From: an uncultured Chloroflexia bacterium
GTDB taxonomy: Bacteria > Chloroflexota > UBA6077 > JACCZL01
Direction: 5' to 3'
Assembly (NCBI GenBank): GCA_963765765.1
Contig: CAVXYC010000020.1
Span: 128,001 to 192,000, forward strand
DNA length: 64,000 nucleotides
Part shown: positions 1 through 11,471 of the stretch, in pieces
How positions within the stretch are numbered: position 1 is the stretch's first letter
How the letters are laid out: the number at the start of each line of letters is the position of its first letter
Notes under the pieces: model-generated
What the model saw: only the letters and a program-made list of their open reading frames with translations
Told to the model about the DNA's origin: nothing
Databases searched by the model: none
Program-made: the position numbers and the translations under genes

Positions 1-1329
1 AGACTCAATCCAGGCAAACCCGCGAGATTGACCGGAATGGTGCAAACATCTGACAGGTACATCGCCACCGGATCATCCGTCCGCTCACCAATGCGAAACG
101 CGACGGTCGGAGAAGTTGGAGCCACCAGCGCGTCAAATTTCTGGAACGCTTCATCGAAATCGCGCTTTATAAGCGTCCGGATCTTCTGAGCCTTGAGATA
201 GTAGGCGTCGTAGTAGCCTGAAGAAAGCGCGTACGCCCCCAGCATGATGCGCCGCTTCACCTCTGGACCGAAACCTCGGCCGCGTGTTTTGAGATACGAG
301 TCCCACATGTTTTCAGCATCACGGGCGCTCAATCCGTATTTCACGCCGTCAAATCGAGCGAGGTTCGCGCTGCACTCGGCCGGAGCGATGATGTAGTAGG
401 CAGACAGACCGTAGTCCGTGTGGGGAAGGGAAACTTCGCCGACCTCGGCACCGAGATCCTCGAGCACCTTGATCGCCGCCCGCACCGCGGATTCCACGCC
501 GGGCTCCATCCCGCCAACGAAATACTCCCGGGGGATACCTAGCTTCAGCCCCTTCACGCCCTTCTCCAGATCGGCCATGAAGTCAGGAACCGGCTCGATC
601 GAGCGATGTGGAGTCCAGCGGATCATGTCCGCTGATGGTCCGAAGTAGGAGCGCAGAGTCGGCGACCGTCCGGGTGAACGGTCCGATCTGATCCAGTGAC
701 GAGGCAAACGCCACCAATCCGAAGCGCGACACCCGACCATAGGTCGGCTTCACACCGACGACCCCGCAAAGCGAGGCCGGCTGTCGAATTGATCCACCAG
801 TGTCGCTGCCCAGCGATGCCGGCGCCTCGAGGGCCGCGACAGCCGCGGCCGATCCGCCGCTCGAGCCTCCCGGAACGCAGTTCAGATCCCACGGATTTCG
901 TGTGACGTGATACGCGGAATTCTCAGTGGAGGATCCCATGGCGAATTCATCCATGTTGGTCTTGCCCAGCATGATGGCGCCCGCGTCACCCAGCTTGCGC
1001 ATCACCGTTGCGTCGATGATTGGCTCAAAGTTTTCGAGCATCTTCGAGCCGCAGGTCGTTCGCACATCGCGCGTGGAGATAACGTCCTTAATCGCGAGTG
1101 GAACACCTAGGAGGTCGCCGGTTTCGCCGGATTTTCGGCGTGCGTCCGCCGCTCTGGCCTGATCGAGCGCGATCTCGGGAGTCGCGAGTAGGAACGACCC
1201 GACGCGATCGTCGATCGAGGCTATCCATTCGAGGTGTGCACGCGTGAGCTCCTCAGATGAGATGCTGCCGCTGTTGAGAAGGCGAAGAGCATTATGGACG
1301 CTCAGTTGATTGAGCTCAGGGACTGCCAA
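1..1329 (-). CDS. gatA: Glu/Asp-tRNA amidotransferase subunit A; frameshift near 585-600; runs off the window start
   Basis: ORF 583..1329 has amidase motifs [22 protein letters not shown] and [12 protein letters not shown]. Another frame continues as [27 protein letters not shown] (~180-263). Lies downstream of gatC. Confidence 0.96.
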
Positions 1330-1349
1330 GATGTGTGCTCCTCCGCTGC

Positions 1350-1637
1350 CTACTCGAGAACCGGCTTGACGCGTATATAGCCATCCTCACGCATGGGCGC
1401 GTTTTTCAGGATCTCTTCAGTAGGACTGCACGGGCGCACTTGATCCTCACGCATTACGTTTCCAAGCGGGATTACCTGAGCCGTGGGAGGGATATGGTCC
1501 GTATCGACCTGATTGATGACCTGCATCACGTCCAGGATGTGCGAAAGCTGCTCCTGGAAATGCGTCTTCTCATCCTCAGTCAGCCCCAGCCGAACCAGGT
1601 AGGCCACGTGCTCAACTTCCTCGCGCGAAATCGCCAT
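1350..1637 (-). CDS. gatC: Glu/Asp-tRNA amidotransferase subunit C
   Basis: [19 protein letters not shown]...MRED...[18 protein letters not shown]; ATG at 1637 with GGAGGG upstream. Confidence 0.95.
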   Translation of the reverse strand: MAISREEVEHVAYLVRLGLTEDEKTHFQEQLSHILDVMQVINQVDTDHIPPTAQVIPLGNVMREDQVRPCSPTEEILKNAPMREDGYIRVKPVLE

Positions 1638-1755
1638 GCGGGTGTTCCCTCCGTCTGAGGAGTATAGCGGGAAGGACCTCGCCTTCAGGCCGAGGTCGCA
1701 TGGTGGGATCAGTGGCACCAGAAAGCCAGCATCAACGGGCTATACTGCGCTCGCC

Positions 1756-3345
1756 ATGAATACCGAAACATCTGTTCAGCGCCTCGGCGTGGTTGGCGCG
1801 GGCACCATGGGCGCGAGCATCGCTCAAGTCAGCGCGTGCGCTGGAATCGAAACAACCCTTTATGACGTGAGCGCAGCGGTACTGGAGCAGTCGGTCGATC
1901 GAATTCGCGATTCGCTCGAGCGATTGGAGCGCCGTGGCCGGTTCACCGCCGATGAGGTTCGCGAGGCGATTGAGCGCATTCGTACCGTGACACAAATCGA
2001 TGCCTTCGGGGGGTGCGACGCGATTATTGAAGCGGCTCCAGAGGTCCTCGAGCTCAAGCAAGAGCTATTCGTGCATCTCGATGCGTTGTGCGCGGAACCG
2101 GTATTGCTTGCCAGCAACACGTCATCGCTGAGCATCACAGAGATTGCTGCGAACACCCGCAATCCCGAGCGCTGCATCGGTATGCACTTCTTCAATCCAC
2201 CTGTCCTCATGCAGCTCATCGAAGTCATTCCCGGCGTGCGCTCCGCACCGGCATCAACAGCCAGAGGCGTAGCCCTGGCGCGCCAACTGGGGAAAACTCC
2301 CGTAGAGGCTCGTGATACGCCCGGCTTCATCGTGAACCGCGTCATTCGCCCGTTCTACCTCGAAGCGCTCAGGATTCTGGGCGAGGGCATCGCGGACGTA
2401 CTGACGATCGATCGCATCATGAAGATCGGCGGGGGCTTTCCGATGGGCCCGTTTGAGCTTATCGACCTTGTTGGCCTGGATGTCAATTTGGCCGTGAGCC
2501 AGACGGTTTACGACTCATTTTTCCAGCCGCCGCGATTTCGACCGCATCTGATTCAGCAGCAGATGACACGGGCTGGACTACACGGACGCAAAACGGGACG
2601 CGGGTTCTATTCCTATGAGGATGGGAAACCCGTTGGATCGGTCGAGCCGGAACGGCCCGCCGCTGAAGCCCCGAAAAATGTCGCGGTCGTAGGCGATGGC
2701 GACCTGGCTCACGACATTCGGCAGGCCGCCCAGGCCTCTCGCATCTCGGTTGTGGAAAGCCCCGCCGAGGCGGCTCTCGTCGTTAGCGCGGCAGTCGGAC
2801 CGATAGAGATTAGACGACTCGCCATCCGGAAGCTTCTCGAGATCATTTCCGAGGACACAGAGGTCGTTGTCCATTGCGGCCCCTATTCCTGCACCGAGCT
2901 TGTCTCGACGCTTCGAACTCAAACGTCCGTATCAGGGTTCAACTTTGTCGGCCGATTTGAGGAGTCGCCGCTCATCGAAGTTGCCCGCGGCTGGAGCGGA
3001 CGTGAATCGGCCGCATCAGCGAGCGAAGCCTTCTTCCAGCAGGTCGGCAAGAAGACTGCGCGGGTCGGCGACTCGCCCGGTATGGTCCTCACCCGCATCC
3101 TTGCAGCGATCGCCAATGAGGGCCTAATCGCCCTGCATGAAGGACTGGCATCTCGGTCTGACATCGACACGGCCGTAAAACTGGGAGCCAATCACCCTCG
3201 CGGGCCACTCGATTGGGCCGAGCTCCTTGGCTTGGATACCGTCTTTCAGACACTTCGATCACTACAGTCGGAGCTCGGCGACGCCTATCTACCGGCCACG
3301 CGGTTACGGCGGCTGGTACAGGCGGGGAACACGACCGTCGCTTGA
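1756..3345 (+). CDS. 3-hydroxyacyl-CoA dehydrogenase (PaaH-like, duplicated domain architecture)
   Basis: GVVGAGTMG Rossmann motif, ASNTSSLSI, GMHFFNP, DTPGFIVNR, GFPMGPF; a second degenerate domain ends in GANHPRGP. Confidence 0.92.
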   Translation: MNTETSVQRLGVVGAGTMGASIAQVSACAGIETTLYDVSAAVLEQSVDRIRDSLERLERRGRFTADEVREAIERIRTVTQIDAFGGCDAIIEAAPEVLELKQELFVHLDALCAEPVLLASNTSSLSITEIAANTRNPERCIGMHFFNPPVLMQLIEVIPGVRSAPASTARGVALARQLGKTPVEARDTPGFIVNRVIRPFYLEALRILGEGIADVLTIDRIMKIGGGFPMGPFELIDLVGLDVNLAVSQTVYDSFFQPPRFRPHLIQQQMTRAGLHGRKTGRGFYSYEDGKPVGSVEPERPAAEAPKNVAVVGDGDLAHDIRQAAQASRISVVESPAEAALVVSAAVGPIEIRRLAIRKLLEIISEDTEVVVHCGPYSCTELVSTLRTQTSVSGFNFVGRFEESPLIEVARGWSGRESAASASEAFFQQVGKKTARVGDSPGMVLTRILAAIANEGLIALHEGLASRSDIDTAVKLGANHPRGPLDWAELLGLDTVFQTLRSLQSELGDAYLPATRLRRLVQAGNTTVA

Positions 3346-3404
3346 CCACCCTGGGAACGATGGCGTCCCTGGGCCCCCGGCCAATGCAGTGGAGTTAGGC
3401 GTCC

Positions 3405-3486
3405 GTGTCGGGGACAGGGGTCTCTGCCTGCCCCGTCCGGGTGAAGCTTCCTGTTGCACGGGACAGGAAGAGACGCCTGTCCCACC
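3405..3486. repeat. REP/REPIN-like inverted repeat between convergent genes
   Basis: GGGACAGGGGTCTCTGCCTGCCCCGT...ACGGGACAGGAAGAGACGCCTGTCCC; same family as 62914..62983. Confidence 0.7.
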
Positions 3487-3534
3487 GAGTCGGGGTGTCT
3501 GATGAGGACCTCGAGATCTCCCTCGCATCCAAAC

Positions 3535-5494
3535 CTACACCGCCCGACCAATCTCCTCAATCGCGCTTGGGTTCTCGAGCCCAGTCATATCACCCAGGTC
3601 CGCTGCGCCGAGATACTTAGCGCGAATAAGACGGCGCATGATCTTGGCGTTGCGTGTCTTGGGAATGTCCTTGGTGAACTTCACAGCCTCGGGTCGCATC
3701 GGCTTGCCCAGAACCGCCGCGACGGCATCCTTGATCTCTTCGCGAAGCTGATCGCTGGGGTTATAACCGGGGCGGAGGATGGCAAAGCACACGACGATCT
3801 GGCCCTTGAGCTCATTCGGGACTCCGACCGCGGCACACTCCTGTACGCTTGGGTGGGTGATCGCGGCCGATTCAACCTCGGCGGGGCCGAGACGCTTACC
3901 GGCAATCTTGATTGTGTCGTCGGAGCGCCCCTGGATGTACCAGTAGCCCTCATCATCGATCAGCGCCCAGTCGCCGTGGACCCAGATATCGGGCCAGCGC
4001 GACCAATACGCCTCGATGTATCTCTCGGGGTCTTTCCAGAATCCGTTGGTCATGCCCGGCCAGGAGTTGCGAATGACCAGCTCGCCCACTTCGCCGCGAA
4101 CGGAATTTCCTTCGTCATCCACCACGTCGGCGGCAATGCCGGGAACTGGACCGGAGAAGCTCGCCGGCTTGAGCGGCGTGATCGTGAAACACCCGATGAT
4201 TCCGCCGGAGATCTCTGTGCCGCCCGAATAATTGAGAATCGGACAGCGGCCCCCGCCGACCTTTTCGAAATACCACATGTACGGATCGGGGTTCCACGGC
4301 TCGCCCGTTGAACCGAGCGCGCGCAACGAAGAGAGGTCGTGCTTTGTCACCCACTCATCGCCATACGGCATGAGTCCGCGGATCGCCGTGGGTGAGATGC
4401 CCAGCAGTGTGACACCGTGTCGCTCGACCATGTCCCAGACCCGGTCGGGCTGTGGGAACTCCGGAGTCCCCTCGTACAGGAATGCTGTAGCGCCAAGAAT
4501 GAGCGAGCCGCAAAACAACCAGGGGCCCATCATCCAGCCCATATCCGTGAACCAGAACACCAGGTCATCACCCTGTACGTCGAAACCCTGGCTCATGTCA
4601 GCGGCCGCCTTGAGGGGGAAGCCCGTGTGCGTGTGAACCGCCCCCTTCGGCTTCCCGGTGGTGCCAGACGTATAGATGATCATCATCGGATCATCCGCCG
4701 CGGTGTCTTCCGCCTCGCACAACCTCGGCTGGTCAGCAACGAGCTCGTGCCACCACTTGTCTCGCCCGTCACTCCAGGGCACGTCGGCGCGACCCAGTCG
4801 ACTGAATACCACCACGTGCTTAACTGTCGGCGATTCGCTCACGGCGGTATCAGCCGTCTCCTTCATGGTGATCACGTTGCCGCGTCGGTAGAAGCCGTCC
4901 GCCGTGATGAGCACCTTAGCCTCACAATCCTGAAGGCGTGAGGCGACCGCGGACGGCGCATAGCCTGAAAAGATTGGCGTGTAGATAGCGCCAATGCGTG
5001 AGCATGCCAGACTGGCGATGCCGACCTCGGGGGTGAGCGGCATGAAGATGCCAACCCGATCGCCCTTGCCCACGCCCAAGGACCTCAGCCCATTCGCCAG
5101 ACGATTGACCTCTTCAAGGACCTCCCGGTAAGTCAGGCGCCGAATTTCGCCGTCCTCACCTTCCCAGATGAGCGCCAGCTTGTTAGCGGTTCTCTGAGCG
5201 CACGTGTCGATCGAGCGCGTTCGTCGTGTAGTTCACTCGACCGTCGACGAACCACCTGGACCAGGCCAATCCCTTGGACGTGTCGAGAATCGCGGAGGGC
5301 CGCTGTTTCCATTCCCAGCCAATGTCCTGGAGCACCGCCTCCCAGAACCAGCTTGGGTTCTCAACTGATCTCTTCTGAAGTTCCGGGAGGTCTTTGATAC
5401 CGAAGCGCCGCATGAAATTGATGAGGCGACTGCGTTCTATGTGTGCCGGTCCGGGTTCCCAGACGATTTCGTTGCGCGTGGCCTCAGCGGTCAT
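3535..5494 (-). CDS. Acetate--CoA ligase family acyl-CoA synthetase; frameshift near 5180
   Basis: N-terminus (ENPSWFWEAV...WSRWFVDGRVNYTTNALDRH) in ORF 5183..5575; YTSGTTGKPKG, GRSDDTIKIAGKRLG and PKTRNAKIMRR in ORF 3535..5079. Confidence 0.92.
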
Positions 5495-5577
5495 GAAAGC
5501 TCTCCCACCCTTGGGGTGCGTCGGCCTTAGCGTCGGCCGGACGGATTCGATCATAACAGGGGGAAGCCGGTCCAATT

Positions 5578-5680
5578 CTTTGGACTGCGGCGGTTATCGC
5601 CGCCTTCTCGCGAGGCTGGAAGCCGAGGGCGGACGCGCTCAGCGCTAGGAGAAAGCGGCGAAGAACGACGCAGTCCAAAG
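5578..5680. repeat. REP-like inverted repeat element
   Basis: CTTTGGACTGCGGCG...TCGCCGCCTTCT / AGAAAGCGGCGA...CGACGCAGTCCAAAG; degenerate relative at ~55527..55622. Confidence 0.65.
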
Positions 5681-5771
5681 GGCATGCGCGGAGCCTCTGG
5701 TAGAATCAGCCCCGTCGGCAGTCTTATTTTTCGCACACCATTCAGCCCAAAAACCTTGGTTGGAGGCCACG

Positions 5772-7107
5772 ATGCCTGAACCGTCCGCGGCCCTTCTGGT
5801 CCAGCAAGATCGCAATCACCTGATCCATCCCCAGTACCACCCGGATGACCACGAGGGAGCTATCATCTTTGCCTCGGGTAAAGATGCGGTGCTCAAGAGC
5901 GTGGACGGCAAGGAGTACATAGACGGGCTCTCCTGTCTATGGAACGTTGCCATCGGCCATGGTCGCGCGGAGATGGCTGACGCGGCCGCGGAGCAGATGC
6001 GCGAGCTGCAGTACGCCAACAACTACACTGGGTTCTCGAACATCCCGGCTGATTCAGTTAGCCACCAAGATCTCCGAGATCACCTATCCGGATCTCAACG
6101 CGGTCTTCTTCACCAGTGGCGGCGCAGAGTCGAACGAGTCGGCTTTCAAGACCGCGCGCTGGTACTGGAAGATGGTGGGCAAGCCCGAGAAAACGAAGGT
6201 CATTTCGCGAATGTTTGGCTATCACGGCGTCACCCTGGCCGCGATGAGCGCCACAGGCCTGCCCGTATTCTGGCCGCCGTTCGAGCCGAGAGTGCCGGGC
6301 TTTGTGCACATTAATCCACCCTATCCGTGGATGTTCGACACTGACGGCGCCGAAGAGCTGGAAAAGAAGATCCTCGAGGAAGGGCAGGAGACGGTCGCGG
6401 CATTCATCGCGGAGCCCGTCATGGGCGCAGGCGGCGTCGTCCCTCCTCCAGATGACTATTTCCCGCGCGTCCGGGCGATTTGCGACAAATATGAGGTGCT
6501 CTTCATTGCCGATGAAGTCATCACTGGCTTCGGTCGTACCGGCAAATGGTTCGGACTCGAGCACTGGGGCGTCCAGCCAGACATTGTCTCCTTCGCAAAG
6601 ATCGTGACCAGCGGCTACCTGCCCCTCGGTGGAATCATCATCTCTGATGAGCTGCACAACACGATGCTCAATGCGCCGATCGATAGAAAGTACATGCACG
6701 CCTACACCTATTCCGGTCACGCGACGTGCTGCGCGGTGGGACTCAAGAACATTGAGATCATTGAAAAGGAGAATCTTGTCGAACGAGCCGGAGTTCTGGG
6801 CACTCGACTGCTTGCCGGACTCAAGACACTGGAAGACATTCCATGCGTTGGCGAGGTCCGTGGGCTTGGCCTGATGTGTGCCGTTGAGCTCACCGCGGAT
6901 AGAGCAACCAAGAAGCCGTTCGAGCCTGGTCTCAATATGGGCGGGCGCGTCATCCGTGAGGGCAAGCTTCGCGGCGTTATTCTGCGGAACCGAGGCGACG
7001 TGATCATGATGGCGCCGCCATACGTGACCACTGAAGAGCAGATCGATACGATCGTCTCAGTGCTGCGCGAGTCGCTCATCGCGGCAACGGCCGCCGTCGC
7101 ACGATAG
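5772..7107 (+). CDS. Class III PLP-dependent aminotransferase (omega-amino acid/putrescine type); frameshift near 6050
   Basis: GKEYIDGLSCLWNVAIGHGR; FFTSGGAESNE, GYHGVT, FIADEVITGFGRTG, PDIVSFAK. Confidence 0.93.
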
Positions 7108-7160
7108 CTTTCTGGTACCTGGCATCCCGCGCCACCGTATTCTCATAAAGGAGCAATTCA

Positions 7161-8015
7161 CTGACCGCCACACTGCTTGACGGCCGTCCCGTGGCGGCCA
7201 TGATCTGGGAGGACGTCGCGGCTCGCGCGGCGTCATTTTGCGCGTCTGCCGGGCGAGCACCTCGGGTCACCTTGCTCGCCGCGGACGATGATCCCGAATT
7301 CGGCGCCTATGCCAGCTCAATCGAACGGAGCTTCGGACGCTACGGCCTCGAGGTCGCACGAACGTCGCTCGATAGCAACCTGACGCAGGATCATCTGGAG
7401 CAGCGACTCCGAGCGCTGGGCGCTGATAGCTCCGTTGATGGCATCCTTCTTCAGGCGCCACTCCCGGCTCCGTTGGACGGCACACTCGCCATCGCGCGAT
7501 CGCTACCTCCTGAGAAGGACATCGAGGGGATCCATCCAGCACATTCCGGTGCCTTGGCCATTGGCAAGCCCGCCGTGGCGCCCTCCACACCAGCCGGCGG
7601 CATGGAGATCCTGAAGTTCTACGACGTCGATCCACGGGGCAAGCGCGCAGTAATCATTGGGCGCAGCGCCATCGTTGGTCGTCCGCTCTCATGGCTGCTT
7701 TTAGCTCAGGACGCCACCGTTACGGTGTGCCACTCTCGAACGGTGGACCTTCCCTCCGTAACGCGCGAGGCGGACATCCTGGCCGCGGCCATTGGCCGCC
7801 CGGGTTTTGTCACAGACGAGATGGTGAAGCCGGGCGCTGTGGTGCTCGACTTTGGAACGACCTACGTCGATGGCAAGCTGCGCGGAGACGTTGACGCTGA
7901 CTCAGTGATGGACGTGGCCGGCGCTCTCACACCAGTGCCCGGCGGGGCCGGACCTGTGACAACCGCGGTCATTGGACGATGTTTGATCGAGGCGGCCGAG
8001 CGACTCCAGCGGTAG
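7161..8015 (+). CDS. folD: Methylene-THF dehydrogenase (FolD family); probable CTG start; cyclohydrolase Lys absent
   Basis: (M)TATLLDGRPVA N-terminus from CTG 7161 after AAGGAG; GILLQAPLP, EKDIEG, PSTPAG, IGRSAIVGRP, TPVPGGAGPVT. Confidence 0.92.
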   Translation: MTATLLDGRPVAAMIWEDVAARAASFCASAGRAPRVTLLAADDDPEFGAYASSIERSFGRYGLEVARTSLDSNLTQDHLEQRLRALGADSSVDGILLQAPLPAPLDGTLAIARSLPPEKDIEGIHPAHSGALAIGKPAVAPSTPAGGMEILKFYDVDPRGKRAVIIGRSAIVGRPLSWLLLAQDATVTVCHSRTVDLPSVTREADILAAAIGRPGFVTDEMVKPGAVVLDFGTTYVDGKLRGDVDADSVMDVAGALTPVPGGAGPVTTAVIGRCLIEAAERLQR

Positions 8016-8069
8016 CTCTAACCGCGCTATAGCCGCGAGAGCAAGTACAATTCGGGGCTTTTAAAGCAT

Positions 8070-8135
8070 CTGGTGGTGTCAGGGCATCTTGCCCGACAGT
8101 CCAGCTCATCGGGCGAGATGCCCTGACACCACCAG
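8070..8135. repeat. REPIN-like near-perfect 27-bp inverted repeat
   Basis: CTGGTGGTGTCAGGGCATCTTGCCCGA (8070-8096) / TCGGGCGAGATGCCCTGACACCACCAG (8109-8135). Confidence 0.8.
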
Positions 8136-8195
8136 CGACAAGGAGCCTGCGGCTACGGAGAAAAATCGCAGGGCCCGCCGTAGCACCGTGGTAGC

Positions 8196-9509
8196 ATGAC
8201 TCTGATGTTAGCCTCCCAGATCGTTCGCGGATGGCGGCGCCTTATACCGCTCATTGTGGCGATCAGCATCGCGGCGCTCGCGGCAACAGGCGCGATGCTG
8301 TCGCCCTCGCCCGTCCCCATCCTTCGCCCCTCGCAGGCAATCGCTGAGACCGCCGCGTTCTCGACGGAAAGCGCTTCGGCTCACCTGAGTGTGCTATCGG
8401 AAACCATTGGCTCCCGAGCGGCTGGAACGCAGGCGCACGAACAAGCCGTGGAGTACGTGGCTGACACGTGGCGCAGCCTGGGCTATGAGCCGGTCATAAT
8501 GCCGTTTCAATTCAACAGCTTCGAAGAGCGCGACGTCTCGCTCACCATCCCAGAGAGCGGGGACCGAATCACCGGCCGCTTTTTCAAGGGCGGTGTTGGC
8601 GGCGATATCCAGTCAGATGTCATCGACGCCGGTCTCGGTCGCCCTCAGGACATCGAACACATCTCACTACAGGGACGAATTGCCCTGGTCAAACGAGGCG
8701 AGATCCTTTTCAGCGACAAGCTCGCCAACGTCGCAGCGGCCGGTGCTCTGGGCGCCGTCATAGACAACAGTGAGCCGGGCGGTTTCGCGGGCGGTCTGAG
8801 TAGTCCCGTTTCTATACCCGCGATTGCCATCAGCCAGGAAGACGGTCGCAATCTTCGCCAGCAGTTGGCGTTTGGCCCATTCCAGGCGCGCCTGGTGGTG
8901 GATGGGAGCTCCGTGGAGATGACGGCGTCAAACGTCTCGGCCAGCAAGCCTGGAACCGCCGCCGGCATCGTGATCATTGGCGGCCACATTGATTCCGTCT
9001 CGGCCGGACCCGGGGCAAATGACAACGGCTCCGGCACGGCCGTCGTGACTGAGCTGGGACGATCCATACTGACCCACACCTATCCGTTCGAGATTAGACT
9101 GGCCGCCTTCGGTGCAGAAGAGATTGGACTTATAGGAAGCAAGCGTTATGTCGAGTCACTGCCCGAGTCCGAACGAGCTCGAGTGATCGGCATGATCAAC
9201 CTGGACATGGTCGGCGTTGGCAATCAGCTCAGAGTCGGTGGAACGCCGGAGCTTATCGCTCAGGCGATGTCGGCTGCCGCCATCGTTGGTGAATCGGCAG
9301 GCCGAATGAGCGCAGGTTTGGGCTCAGCGAGCGACCATGCCAGCTTCATTGACGCCGGCATGCCCGGGGTCTTCATCTACCGGTCAGAAGATCCGAACTA
9401 CCACACGGCCAACGACCGATTTGAATATGTCGATCCAACACATCTCGGCTCGACAGGGCGCATGGTACTAGCGCTACTTGACATTCTCGCGTCCGGTGTG
9501 ACCACGTGA
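8196..9509 (+). CDS. Secreted M28 family aminopeptidase with PA domain
   Basis: Signal peptide; PA domain IALVKRG; GGHIDSV, GANDNGSG, FGAEEIGLIGS, NLDMVG, SDHASF, YHTAND. Confidence 0.9.
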   Translation: MTLMLASQIVRGWRRLIPLIVAISIAALAATGAMLSPSPVPILRPSQAIAETAAFSTESASAHLSVLSETIGSRAAGTQAHEQAVEYVADTWRSLGYEPVIMPFQFNSFEERDVSLTIPESGDRITGRFFKGGVGGDIQSDVIDAGLGRPQDIEHISLQGRIALVKRGEILFSDKLANVAAAGALGAVIDNSEPGGFAGGLSSPVSIPAIAISQEDGRNLRQQLAFGPFQARLVVDGSSVEMTASNVSASKPGTAAGIVIIGGHIDSVSAGPGANDNGSGTAVVTELGRSILTHTYPFEIRLAAFGAEEIGLIGSKRYVESLPESERARVIGMINLDMVGVGNQLRVGGTPELIAQAMSAAAIVGESAGRMSAGLGSASDHASFIDAGMPGVFIYRSEDPNYHTANDRFEYVDPTHLGSTGRMVLALLDILASGVTT

Positions 9510-9820
9510 GTCAGCATTCGGTAGGGCTTGCGCGGGTTCGCCTGTTAGTGAGCGGCTATGTGCAGGGTGTGATGTTCCGGCAGTCCGCGGTGAACGTCGC
9601 AGAAGAGCTCGGCGTATCAGGATGGGTGCGCAACCTCTCCGACCAGCGAGTTGAGCTGGTAATCGAGGGGCCGCCGGAGGACGTTGGCGAAATGGTAGAT
9701 TGGTGTCGCCACGGCCCACCGGCCGCCAGAGTTGAGGACGTTGAGCTTACAGCCGAGCTCCCTCGCGGTGAGCGTGGCCGATTCGAGATTCGACTGTCAG
9801 AGGGGTTTGGACCATGGTGA
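9506..9820 (+). CDS. acyP: Acylphosphatase
   Basis: SGYVQGVMFR and GWVRNLSD motifs; GPPAARVE. Confidence 0.92.
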   Translation: MSQHSVGLARVRLLVSGYVQGVMFRQSAVNVAEELGVSGWVRNLSDQRVELVIEGPPEDVGEMVDWCRHGPPAARVEDVELTAELPRGERGRFEIRLSEGFGPW

Positions 9821-11424
9821 TGAGCGAGACGTTTCCGCTCCGCGCGCCGGCGCTTAGCGACAAGGGCATGGTCGTAGCGCCGCATTATCTTGCGTCGCTT
9901 GCCGGGGCTGACGTACTGCGCGGCGGTGGTAACGCGCTCGACGCCGCGATCGCGGCAAACGCGGTCATGACCGTGGTCTGGCCACACATGTGCAGCATGG
10001 GCGGAGACCTCTTTCTCCTGGTCAAGCGACCTGGTGAGGCACCGCAAGGTCTCTCAGGGTGCGGAGCAGCGGCAGTGAAGGCCAGCATTGGCACGTATCA
10101 AGAGCTCGGACTGACGACGATGCCGCGTACCGGCGCTCTCACCGTCACCGTCCCGGGCGCCGTCGATGGTTGGGTCAGCGGGTTGGAGCGGTGGGGGACG
10201 CGACCGCTTGACCAGCTTCTCCAGCCGGCTATTGGATTTGCGCGCGAGGGCTTTCCAGCGACCGCCCGTCTGGCTCGCTCAATTAAAGGCACCGCCGAGC
10301 TCGCTCGAAACGAGGCTGCCGCGGCGGTATTCCTTCCGGGTGGCAAGCCACCGACAACCGGCCAACGACTCGTCCAGAGCGACATGGCCTGGTCACTAAG
10401 TGAAGTGGCTCGACTCGGTCGAGCAGCGATGTACGGTGGTGAGCTCGGGCGTCGAGTCGTAGCGGGACTTCAGACACTCAAAAGCCCTATGGAGCTCGAG
10501 GACTTCGCTCGACACGAGTCACGCAGCATGTCCCCGATCTCGCGTGATTATCGAGGCACCGTGATTCACGAGCTTCCACCGCCCACTCAGGGACTCACCG
10601 TACTACAGGAGCTCGGGCTTGTTGAGTCAGAGGACATAGCGGCGCTTGGTCACAATTCGCTGGAATCGGTGGATGTCATGGTGCGAGCGCGAAATCTGGC
10701 CTTCGAGGATCGGGATCGTTACATTGCGGATCCCATCTTCGTTGACGTGCCCACCGATCGACTTCTAAGTAACGAGTACCTTACCGAGCGGCGAGCAAGC
10801 TTGGGCGCCTATGCATCCCCATTCGGATCGGTGCATCGCGGCGCGCTCGGCGACACGATCTACCTCTGCGCCGTCGACCGCGATGGCATGGCGGTTTCGC
10901 TCATCCAGAGCCTGTATTACGGCTTCGGCTCGCGAGTCATGGCTCCTGGCACTGGAATCATGCTGCACAATCGCGGCGCTTCGTTCACGCTGGATCCCGA
11001 GCACGTCAATCACCTGGTCGGTGGCAAACGTCCCATGCACACGCTCATACCGGCGCTAGCGACGCGCGATGGCGAGACGTCATTTGTGTTCGGCACGCGA
11101 GGAGCTGATGGTCAGCCGCAAACGCAATTCCAGCTCATCTCAAACCTCTTGGATCATGGGATGAACCCGCAGGAGGCGGTGGAAGCCCCACGCTGGTGCA
11201 TGGGCGGAACGACGCCGGAGACTCCAGCCGACATCTTCCATCTCGAGTCTCGGTTCAAAACCGAGGTTTTTGATGGACTGGAGCAGCGAGGCTACAAAGT
11301 CGCCCAGGTGGCGCCCGTGGACGACATGATGGGCACGGCGGCATGCATTGGCTTGGACCGAGAGCAAGGCTGCTTCATTGGCGGAGCCGACCCTCGAGGC
11401 GATGGTGCGGCAATCGGGTACTAG
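9814..11424 (+). CDS. ggt: Gamma-glutamyltransferase family protein
   Basis: GGNALDAAIA, TVPGAV, PPPTQG, nucleophile GDTIYLCAVD, GKRPMHTL, GGADPRGDG. Confidence 0.93.
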   Translation: MVMSETFPLRAPALSDKGMVVAPHYLASLAGADVLRGGGNALDAAIAANAVMTVVWPHMCSMGGDLFLLVKRPGEAPQGLSGCGAAAVKASIGTYQELGLTTMPRTGALTVTVPGAVDGWVSGLERWGTRPLDQLLQPAIGFAREGFPATARLARSIKGTAELARNEAAAAVFLPGGKPPTTGQRLVQSDMAWSLSEVARLGRAAMYGGELGRRVVAGLQTLKSPMELEDFARHESRSMSPISRDYRGTVIHELPPPTQGLTVLQELGLVESEDIAALGHNSLESVDVMVRARNLAFEDRDRYIADPIFVDVPTDRLLSNEYLTERRASLGAYASPFGSVHRGALGDTIYLCAVDRDGMAVSLIQSLYYGFGSRVMAPGTGIMLHNRGASFTLDPEHVNHLVGGKRPMHTLIPALATRDGETSFVFGTRGADGQPQTQFQLISNLLDHGMNPQEAVEAPRWCMGGTTPETPADIFHLESRFKTEVFDGLEQRGYKVAQVAPVDDMMGTAACIGLDREQGCFIGGADPRGDGAAIGY

Positions 11425-11471
11425 ATCGCCATTGTAATGGGAAGCGTTCCGCGCGATACAGACGGTAAACG

